From the NCBI GenBank assembly GCA_021513715.1, contig CP084167.1:2848001-2912000 (forward strand): a stretch of DNA of 64,000 bases, read 5' to 3'. The notes beneath the pieces are model-generated. The model saw only the letters and a program-made list of their open reading frames with translations. It had not been told where the DNA came from and searched no databases. Source of the stretch: Candidatus Heimdallarchaeum endolithica. GTDB taxonomy: Archaea > Asgardarchaeota > Heimdallarchaeia > Heimdallarchaeales > Heimdallarchaeaceae. This document shows positions 49,529 to 60,000 of this stretch, in pieces (within the stretch, counting starts at the first letter, position 1; each line of letters starts with the position of its first letter). The position numbers and the translations under genes are program-made.

Positions 49529-49558
49529 TTATTTTCTTTTCTTTTCTTTTCTTTTTTT
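49529..49558 (+). terminator. Oligo-T terminator after gdhA
   Basis: TTTTC repeats and T-tract directly after the stop codon. Confidence 0.55.
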
Positions 49559-49613
49559 AAATTCCAAAAATTAAATTCCAAAAATATTTTTTAGTATAAA
49601 TAAAAAAGAGTAA

Positions 49614-51020
49614 TTAAATAAAATCTCCTGTTTCTATTTTCTGTGGGAGGTAAAAGTTTGTAATAAATTGTGGATCACGTGCGTTTAGTGCCTGAATTTC
49701 CGCTTTGTATCCTGTGTTTATTAGTATTTCAAGTTGTTCTTGCCACTTTGGTTTTCTTTTTACGAACTCTTCCTCTAACATTAGTTTAGATCGTCTTATG
49801 TCTTTTTGAGTCATTTTAATTAGTGCTTCTCTAGGTATATCAAATCCACTTTCAGGTTTTAGATCACTTGGAAGCAAACCTAACCATTTAATATTTGGAA
49901 CTGCAAGATGAGTAGATTCGAAACTAAGAGCCTTACTCCCAACACTATATACTCTCATGATTTCGAAACCGTAAGGGTCAGCATCCATAATAGCAAGAAT
50001 AGGTAGTTGTAAATCATCGTTTATTTTCTTTAAAAATTGCCTTGTTGCCATATCAGGCTGACCTTTAGCTGTAACTAAAATACTTGGGACATAATCGTAA
50101 AAATGATCTTCTGCTAACCTGTTAAAAATAGCATCTTTTTCTATAACTAAACAAAATTCAGCATCACTTTCCAAATCTTCAATATCATCTATATTTGGAG
50201 AAATAGCCTTTCCTGAACCAATAGCTCTGCAGTCAATGAGATCTCCCTTTTCCTTGAATTGCAACTTACCAACAACAATTCCTTTAGAAGAAGCACTAAC
50301 ATTTAATGATGTTCTAGTAGCTTGAATCATCGCTCCTAAATCTTCAATAAGAGAATCAGAAACTGCTTGTTTCTTAAATGCATTAACATTCATGTAAAAA
50401 ATATCTCTTTTTGTACTGTGGATATCTCGGGAGAGTATATCATGAAGAAGCCTCATTAGTATAGACATTTGTTCAATTGTACTTACAGAAGATAAACTTC
50501 TAAATTGGCGTTCTATCATCTGCCTTCCAATAAGTACTAGCTCTTGTTCTTCATCAAAGCCAATATTTCTTTTTCCTCTTGAAGGGATTTTAAAACCAGC
50601 TTCATCAGGATTGTTAAGTGCTTCATTCAAAAATAATAGCGCTGCTTCAACAATTTTGTTTTTAGCTTTTTCTGAAGACATTGTTTCTACATTAGTTACA
50701 CCATAAGGTAACTCGTAGTCTTGTAATAAAGTAAGTTCATTCCTAAGTTTTCTTATTTTATCAACTGAAACTTTTCTTTTGATTTCAATTCTCATTAATT
50801 CCTTTTTAAGAGAATAATTACTAAGGACTTTACCTTTATCTAAGGAATACCACTTCTTTCCACTTCTCAAAAAGAGTACAAAAGAACCTTTTCTAAGTTC
50901 AAATTCGTCCTGTAATATCTGGTATAATTCGTTTATTTGAATGCTATTATCAAAACTCATCTTTACTTCAGTTGAAGGCAAAATTGTTGCATTTTTTACT
51001 AAAAAATTATATCTTACCAT
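49614..51020 (-). CDS. top6A: DNA topoisomerase VI subunit A (Spo11 family) with N-terminal ubiquitin-like domain
   Basis: IPSR...N, STKRDIFY (catalytic Tyr), Q..SD..IED, Toprim IEKDA, KGQPD.ATR, DADPYG, KAEIQAL. Confidence 0.96.
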   Translation of the reverse strand: MVRYNFLVKNATILPSTEVKMSFDNSIQINELYQILQDEFELRKGSFVLFLRSGKKWYSLDKGKVLSNYSLKKELMRIEIKRKVSVDKIRKLRNELTLLQDYELPYGVTNVETMSSEKAKNKIVEAALLFLNEALNNPDEAGFKIPSRGKRNIGFDEEQELVLIGRQMIERQFRSLSSVSTIEQMSILMRLLHDILSRDIHSTKRDIFYMNVNAFKKQAVSDSLIEDLGAMIQATRTSLNVSASSKGIVVGKLQFKEKGDLIDCRAIGSGKAISPNIDDIEDLESDAEFCLVIEKDAIFNRLAEDHFYDYVPSILVTAKGQPDMATRQFLKKINDDLQLPILAIMDADPYGFEIMRVYSVGSKALSFESTHLAVPNIKWLGLLPSDLKPESGFDIPREALIKMTQKDIRRSKLMLEEEFVKRKPKWQEQLEILINTGYKAEIQALNARDPQFITNFYLPQKIETGDFI

Positions 51021-51030
51021 TTTTTACACC

Positions 51031-54000
51031 TTATTTTGTACTCCTTTTTTTACTTTCAATCTTTTTATCTGCAGTAATTTCATCTAAAGTTGTTTGTTTT
51101 GTCCTTTTTGCTGTTGTTTTCTTTGCTGTTGTACTTGGTTTTTTTGCTGTTGCTGTTGTTTTCTTTGTTGTTGTTTTCTTTGCTGTTGCTGTTGTTTTCT
51201 TTGTTGTTGTTTTCTTTGCTGTTGCTGTTGTTTTCTTTGTTGTTGTTTTCTTTGCTGTTGTTGTTTTCTTTGTTGTTGTTTTCTTTGCTGTTGTTGTTTT
51301 CTTTGCTGTTGTACTTGGTTTTTTCTTTGCTGTTGTACTTGGTTTTTTTGCTGTTGTTGTTTTCTTTGCTGCTGTTGTTTTCTTTGCTGTTGTACTTGGT
51401 TTTTTTGCTGTTGCTGTTGTTTTCTTTGCTGTTGTTGTTTTCTTTGTTGTTGTTTTCTTTGCTGTTGCTGTTGTTTTCTTTGCTGTTGTACTTGGTTTTT
51501 TTGCTGTTGCTGTTGTTTTCTTTGCTGTTGTACTTGGTTTTTTTGCTGTTGCTGTTGTTTTCTTTGTTGTTGTTTTCTTTGCTGTTGTTGTTTTCTTTGC
51601 TGTTGTACTTGTTTTGTTTTTTACAAAAGGAATTGATTGTTTAATTTTCTTTATATCATTATAAGTCATCTCTAGTTTTCCTTCGAGCTGTGATGTTGGA
51701 TAAACAATAAATTCTCCGATTGTATTAATTCCGAGTGATTTTAGCTTATTTCGTATTCCCTGCTTAACATCCAACTTTTCTATTGGTTCTTCTATTAGCT
51801 TTTGTAACTTTTGTACATTTTCGTTTTTGAAAGTGTCTTTTTTCTTCACCCGATTATCAGCAAAGATCAACTCTTCAAAAGAATATATTCCTATTTCCTT
51901 CAGTTTTAATATTGTCTCACTACTCATAAATGGTGTATTTTTTACTATTTGCGTTTTACCTTTTTTTGCTATTTTTAGAGATTGAGGAGTTAAAGTAGCA
52001 AAATAGTTTTTCAACTGTCTTTCTGTTATATTAGTAATTTCAGTTAGTTCATTAATTCTTGTATTAAAAACGTCCCAGAGAGAATACTTCTGTTTATGGT
52101 ATAATTTAAAAATACTGTTTGGCTTATCCTGCATTAGTGCATAGAATGAGTAAATTGGGTATGAAAGAAGTTCTTTTAATGTGGATATCTGTTTAATTGT
52201 TAACTCTGTTTGCTCTTTAATCCTTTTATCAGAAACTGATAAATGTATAATGTGGGAAAAGCCTCCGTTTTCTAAGATAGATTTTTCAGTATCCGAAAAT
52301 AGACCTAAATCTTTGATTCTGTAACTATTTAGTTCTAATTGTTCCTTCACTTTAGTCATATTAAGAGAATGAAGAAGTTCAGTAAATTCTGCATGTTGTT
52401 TTTCTGTAAATTTAATATGTAAATCATCTATATTTTGTAAAAAGAAAAGATCATAAATTTGTTCATAACCTCTTTTTGATAGTTGGGAAAGTATGTTCTT
52501 TTGACGTATAAATAATGCTAATGATGCTCTAAAACAAGAAAGAACGTCTTTTACTTTCATCGATAAATCGCTTATATTTTTTTCTTCAAACAAAGCAATT
52601 AGTTCACCTAATGAATTTATATCATTTTTATTTAGCTCGTTAATTATTTCTTTATCATTTACAAATTCTATAAGTTTAGAATTACTTTGAGCTGTTAATG
52701 AATCTAGATTATGGAATGGAATTTGAGATAAAAAGTTTTTAAGAACAGTTATGTCTGTGGATTTATTTAATAATAGTAAATCATAGACTGTTTTTATGTT
52801 ATTTTTTAGTAGAAGCTTAAATGTTTCCTTACTTTCAAAGACAAGTGGAAGAGAGTAAATTTTTTGTTCTATTCTTAAACGGAGTTTTTCTGTAATCTTC
52901 CATCTCTTTGAAGTTTTTGACTTTGAAACAAGATTAAAGATATAAGCCTCTTCTATGGAGAAAATGTGACCTTGACTTAAAACATCTAATTCAGTTTTAT
53001 CCAAAATTGTTTCTGGAATGGGGGTTAACTTCGATGCAAGAGTACGTAAAGTTTCTAATGATAGATTTCGAATCTGACGTATTAGTTTATTATCATCGAT
53101 TATCTGATTTAACTGGTATTTAGGTTTTAAAATTAAATCTCCAATTGTTAAGTTGCCATATTGTTTGTATTTCTTTTTATTCTCAAAACTTTCACCTACT
53201 AGCAAAATAATGTGCCTATTTAGAAATTGTAAGTATTCATTAAAGTGTAAAGTTATGTTCTCAGGAAAAGAGCTTGTAATATTGTCAAATTTCTTTTTAT
53301 CATATTTCTCCAAAAGAAGTAAAGATTCAAGGGTATGTTGGATTTTTTGTTCATCTTCTTCAGGGAGATTCAACTTTTCTTCGAGTTTGGTTGGTTTTGA
53401 GAAAATAAATGAGTAAATATCAAGTAGCCTTTTTGACACTTGAGAGTCTACTTTTAGAGAGTCATGATGCATATTAAAGAAAACTAATTGTTGAAAACTT
53501 AAGTTGGGAAGTTTTTCATCAAAATATCGTGAAGAGAGTTTTTGTAAAAGTTCAATTTTTGTTCTTAATGAAGGTGAAAGGTTGGAAAAAACATCGGTGT
53601 TTTCAAAAAGATCAAGATAATTTTTAATACTATTTTCTCTTAATTCAGCAATATCAAAATCTTGTAGAACAATATTTGTTTTTAGAGCAGGAGGATTGCT
53701 TATCCTAGAAATAGTAATTTTACTAAGAAAAGTGTCAACTTCACTATTCTTTGTGTCTATAATTTTTGCAAGATCTGATTTAGATAACAAAAGCATTTCT
53801 TGTATAGTACTTACTTTGGACAAAAGTTTCAACCAATTTTCAAGAGGAAGTTGTGGAAAAGAAATTAGATAAATAGACTTGTTTAATATTTTTAGAACAT
53901 TATTTCGTAATTTACTTCTCAGTCTACTGTGTTTCTTTGATAAATCATAAATCAAATCATCAACAACTGTATAATATTTCAATAATTCTTTCTTTGTTTC

Positions 54001-57000
54001 ACTATCAAATAGCATAATATTAGAAAGTTGAACTCTTTTATCTCTCAATTTTCTAATTGTGTTAAGATTCAAAGTTGAGAGAACGCGATTAACTTTCTCA
54101 AGTTGTTTTTCTGTTAAGAATGAAGAATATGAAATTGGCTTAATTAGTAAATCTTTCAGTGTTTCGATTTTATGTTCATTTAGTTTTTCTATTTCTTTTT
54201 CTGTAAAATCTGTTACTATAGAGATGGAACTGTTGAGAAGATTTAAAATTTCTAACCCTTTTTTAGTAAGAGTCTGTTTGTTCATGTACAATACAGAAAT
54301 AAGATCGATTATATTTGAGATATCTGGAATTTCAATGTTTTTACTGAATAAGTCTTTTGAATTAATAGTACCAAGAAAATCTCCTGTTTTTAATGTAAGA
54401 GATAATGTTTTCTTTTTATCTTTAATCAGATTACTAATTATTGTGCTATAACCACCTAAGTTGATTAGTTTATCGTTTTTGATAAGATCCTTGACAGTGA
54501 AAAGATTGTTGTCAAAATATTTTGTTTCAATTTCTTCAAATTCTAAGGAATTAATAGCACCTAAAAATAGGATTGAAGTATCTAATATTTGTTTTATTTT
54601 TGTTTTTATTTTATTTATCTTTTTTATATCGTAAAGCCAGCTGTATATTGAATTCTCTTCTAAATCTGAAAAACTATAGAACCCATAAGAAGACAATATG
54701 TCCTTTTCTTTTTCACTAAGAAATGGCAAATCTACTAAATGATTGGGTTTATCATGTTCAATTGCATTTTTTATGTTTTCTATCTTAATTGATGAACGAA
54801 GTTTTAATATTTGATCAAGTTTAATCCTTGATTTGTGTGCAAGTGTTTTATATGGGATAAGAAGTAAATCTGCAATAGTATATATTCCACCTTTTTTAAG
54901 ATTAGTTTCTAATTTCTCTTCTAATCCTAAGTATCGAATATTAGCTAGTAAATAGGGACTAATTTCTGCAAATATGTTTTTATCTTTTAGGTTAATATCT
55001 CCAAGTAATTCTTGATAAGACAAGTATCCTAGTTTCATTATTTTTTCTTCATATGAAGTTAAAGGAGGGCTAAATTGTTCAAGTTGTAGATTCTTTAATG
55101 TTGATAGACTTGATAAAATTTCATCAACCATTTCATCTTTCAGATTTTGAATAGAGGAAATAACATCAATAATATGAATTATATTTTTGCTATAGCAATA
55201 TTCTATTGTAGAGAGTGTTAGTATAGGTAGATTATTTATATTTCTACATAATTTCATTCTAATGTTTCTAATTTCTTCAAGATATGAATCAGGCAAATTT
55301 GAGAAAAATTCTTCAGGGAAGTAATATAAGTATTCAATAGAGAAAACTCCTAAATTATATAATTTTTGAACTAATGATTTATTTAACTTCAAATTAGCTA
55401 TATCAAGAGTAGAGAATTGAAGAGAAGATAGGTTTCTAATGAAGAGAGAATTGTTCTCTTTTATCATCTTATTTAATTCTGGAAGATAGCTTTCCCACAA
55501 ATAAATTGGAATATGAAGATAGTCATAATAGGTGTTTTTATTTTTCAATGAAGATTCAACATTTATTATTGAAATGCCAAATATTCGTTCAATTGTTTTT
55601 ATTGGTGTAAAGAGAACAGGAAAATTGACTATCAGTTTTTCTTTTTCTTCTTTGCTTATTTCTATTTGATTAACGTCTTGATAAAATAGCTGAATCAAAG
55701 AGTAAATTTCATTTTCATTAAGATGTTTAATCGTAGAAATTTCTGGTTTTTCAATTGTTTTTAGACTAGTACCTTCCTTTGCCTCACGCTTTTTGATGAG
55801 TGGGAGTTTACCCTCTCCTGTGATCTCTTCTTCAGTTAAAGATGGTAAAAGGTTTAAGTCAATACCATAGATTTTAAGTTCTGAAATAATATCTTGTTTG
55901 TTTATTTGTGATTTAATAGTTTTTATTTCTTTAAACTCTATTCCAAACAATTGGCTTAAGGAAGCTGAAGGAATGGTTAAGAATTCAAGAATTGTGTTAA
56001 TTTTGTTGTTCAAAAGAATAGAATTTTGCTGTAATGAGAGAGAATTTAAGAAGGAAGTTGGAGTTGAACCAAACAAAGAGAGAGTCTTTTTTATTGTAGC
56101 TAGATTTTTATCTTCTAAGCTGTAATCTTGTAAACAAAGAAGTTGATCTAAATAATCAATTTTAATCTTTTTTAAAGCTAGCTTCTGTTCCTTCGTCAAA
56201 AACTTTACATCATGTAGTTTGATGGCCCATTTAGGTATTTGAAAATCAGATAAGGAACTTACTAAATATTCTGCCATTTCTGTATTAATCTTTTCTGGGG
56301 GAAGAAGTAATAAATCAAGAATGAGTTTTTTATTTTCTTTTATCAATTTTCTTAAGAACTCGAGTTGTTCTATTTGAGAAAATTTGTCCAACCAAATAAT
56401 TGGATATTTAACCTTGTTTGTGAGGGATTCAGAGTTATTAAAGAGGATTTGAGAACCAATAACAAATGGTTGAGGAAGTAAATCGAGTAAATTAATAACG
56501 TCGAGAGAGGTCTTAATATTTAGTTTATCATTCTTGTTTGATAGAATATCCAAATGGTCTTTAGGGATCAGATTAACCAATTTTTCTTTGGAAAACTCTT
56601 TTACAAAACGGATAATCTCTGTTCTAGCATTTGAAGGAATTGATCTTTTTTCTTCAGAACTGAGTGTAAGAAGTTCAATGATGTTTTTTACTTCGTTTTT
56701 CCACAAATCAAGCTTGACATCTAAAGATATTTCAGGTATAGAAAAAATGTTTAGGCTTAAACCATAGATAAATTCTTCAAGTTTAGCGATGCTACTTGCT
56801 TTTTCTATTTTTTCACTTTCAGAGAATATAAGAAGATATTCTGGTACCAACCCAAAGATATCTTCAAATGATGCCTTTGAAAGGTTAAACTTAAAGTTTG
56901 TGAGTGCACTCATTAACTCTTTATCTTCCTCAAGAATTGGAATGCCTGAACTAAGACTTATATTTCCTTTTCTTTTCTCCTTTAGTTCTTCAGGGATAAA

Positions 57001-60000
57001 ATTAAGGATACTCTTAAGATCTTTTTCTCTAACTGTGAAAAGATCAATAACTCGTAGAATGCGATTCTTTGCAAGAGTACGTTTAATAAATCGCGAAAGG
57101 TTTGAAATTCTGAAAATAGAGGAGTTACAAAGAGATAGAAAAACGTCGATATTTTCTTCAAATTCATCTGAAAATGATTTTATTTGATAGCTTAAACTAT
57201 AAAGATCTTGAACTGTTTCTTTATTTAGTTTTTGTAAAGTCATAAGATTTCTCTTTGATAGTAAGGTTAGAGATTCAAGTTTTACTCCTTTTTCTGCTAC
57301 TTCTTTCTGGATTTTTTTAACTGAAACATTTTCCTTTATTTTTATAATTTCTGCCTCTGGTATGTCTAAGATTAATGATATTGTGGTGATATCTTCTGTT
57401 AAGAAAGTAAGTATATCTCCAACTCCAGAATATACAAGCTTGAGCATTTGCTCTAGTTCTAAATCTAAGAAGAATACTGATGAGAGATACAATTTTGCTT
57501 CTTTGAATACATTCATATTCACTAAATAGGGATATGATTTTCTGATTTCAGACATTCTAGAAATGAAGTCTTGGATTGAATAAATCCCAAGTTCATGTAA
57601 CTTTTCAACATATTCATCTGTAATAGAGGGACAATTTTCTAAAGGAATAGCAAAACTAAGTCTTTTCTCTTTTAGTTCGTCTAATGAAAGCAAGTCAAAT
57701 ATGTGGAATTCATTATAAATTGGATTGTTTAGGATTTGAGACAATTGTCCTTTTTCAAAAAGAGACAAATCAATTACAGAGTGAATGTCGTGTAGTTCTA
57801 ACTTCTTTATTTCTTCAAAAGACAAGAAACTGAGGAAAGTTATTGAACCAGATAATAGCTCTTTGAATTCCTTATATTTTTCTTTTTTTAGAATACTGGA
57901 AGCTCCCATTCTTACTCCTGCATAGTATAAAGTTTCTATATCTGATATCCCTATTTCTTGTAACTTAGAAATTTCTGATTCAGTGATAAGAGATGAGGGC
58001 ATAATGGGGTGAGATCTAGTTCTATGTAATTCGACGATTTCACCGTAGGAAAGATTTTCCTTTATTTCATTAATTCTTTTTTGTGTTTCATTGGATATTT
58101 CAGAAAGTTTCTTGGTAGGGGTAGAATAAAAGTCTATTAATGTTGTAATTGAAGATCGACTGAGAGGGAGAGCGAGATTAGCATCAAGGTTTAGAGACGA
58201 AATAGGGATAGATAAATCGCCTATAAGTTTATCTAAACTATTTTCCTCTCTTAATTTGTTTTTTATTTCTAAAAGAGGAGAGCTCTCTTCAAATTCAAGT
58301 TCAAACAAGATACCTAAAGTTACAGTAGAGAAATCGTTCCTTGTTTCTTCATTCAAAAAGTTAAGAAAAGGGGTTATTCCAAGAGGAAGTTCAAAGACTG
58401 AACGAATAAGTGTAATATTACATTTTTCAAAAGCTAGTTGTCTTTCAAACTCACTGAGAGTTTTAATCAAATCCGTACTGGATATCACATCAAGTAGTGA
58501 TGACTCTTCTATGTCATCTAAAATAGAAGAAAAGAAGTCTTTATTGTATGCTGTTGCAGAAATAAAATCAAAGTAATGATAAGCTCTCATGTCAATTAAT
58601 TTGGATGAATAATCTGAAACTGTCCTAAACAATGTTCTGTCTGTTAAATCGTTATCTAATATGAAAATTAAATGGTAGAGATGTGAAATTTTGTTTTGAT
58701 TGAAAATAGTTAAAGAATAATCTGATATTTCCTGAAAAATTCGTAAAGGAAGTGATAATATCTTCTTTAGTGTGAAAACTTTTCGCCAGATAGATGATTT
58801 TCTATCAATGAAAACTTCATCAGGGCAGTAGAAAAGCTCTTGAATAGATTGAAATCCTTCATAACTATAAATTGTTTCTCTACTTAATGTTCTTTGTTCA
58901 TTTTTATCAAAAAGTTTAGTTTCATATGCATAGATTGCCCTTGTTTCATATTCTTCTCTTATTCTTTGAGAAGTTAAAATGTCTATTATTTCTTTAATTT
59001 CTTTTGTTGAAATGTTTAAGATGCTACTGAGTTTAACAGATGAAGTAGAAACAAAATCAACAATTGTTAATATATCAGCTTTTCTAAGTTCTTCTGTTTG
59101 TGAAAAAGAAAGTTTTGGTAAGAAATATACCGGTAAACTGAAAAAGTAGAATATTTCTCCAAGATCTAGACTCCTTTTAATATTGTCAAATCGTTCATCA
59201 GGAACTCCTGTTCTCTCCATTAAGACTTTGGATGATGTAAGTAGAAAACCTAGTAAGGTGTTTATTTTATTTTTCTTTAGAAGAGTAATTATATCTGGAT
59301 CTAACATATCTGACAAATGCTTAAAGCGTAGATTTAACACGTTTTTTAAGTTCTGTATTATTTCCCAAGGAATTGTGTTAATTGCCCATTTCTCTTGTTG
59401 AGTAGAAAAGTATAGGTCTTCAATGGTAAAAATATTGTTTGTTTCTAGAGTTTCTACTATAGAGGGTCTAAAGATGTCGAGTTCAGAAATGTCAGTACCT
59501 GTTTCACTAATTCGAATGTTTTTCTTGTATTTTTTAGCTTCTTCTAGATCAATTTTCAAGATTGAAGCAATTTTCTCATCACTAACAAGGAAAAAGTCTA
59601 TAATTCGTCTAATCCCAGTTTTTCTTAAAGCATTCAGCTGTTCATGAGATAAACTTGTTATTTCAACTTCGTCTACTTCTTTTTCTTGTTTCGTTTCCTC
59701 GTTTAATATTTTCTTCTTTACTGTTTTTTCCCAAGTGACAAGAGTCAAGGGAGAACGCAATAGCTTTTTGAATTTCTCAATTACTCCCCATTTTATAATA
59801 GTTGCACCAAAAGTATAAGGGTGTGTCAAGTAAAAGAGTTTGTCAATAGAATTGTATCCTATAACAAGTAAGGACAGTATTTCTTCTGGTGAAAAACGTT
59901 CTGAATTTTCGAAATCAAAAGAAATTGTAGATACATATTTTCCACTAGCTACTTTTTCATAAAATGGTTGTCCATCTCTATTTAAATCAAAATTGTTTAT

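Noticed and set aside
51105-51610. Tandem repeat as a possible CRISPR array
   Set aside because: No unique spacers; units are contiguous, codon-phased and inside a CDS; no cas genes
50972-51664. Three + strand ORFs (poly-Val/Phe, poly-Leu, poly-Cys)
   Set aside because: They are antisense shadows of the TTAKK repeat of top6B; the repeat simply lacks stop codons in those frames
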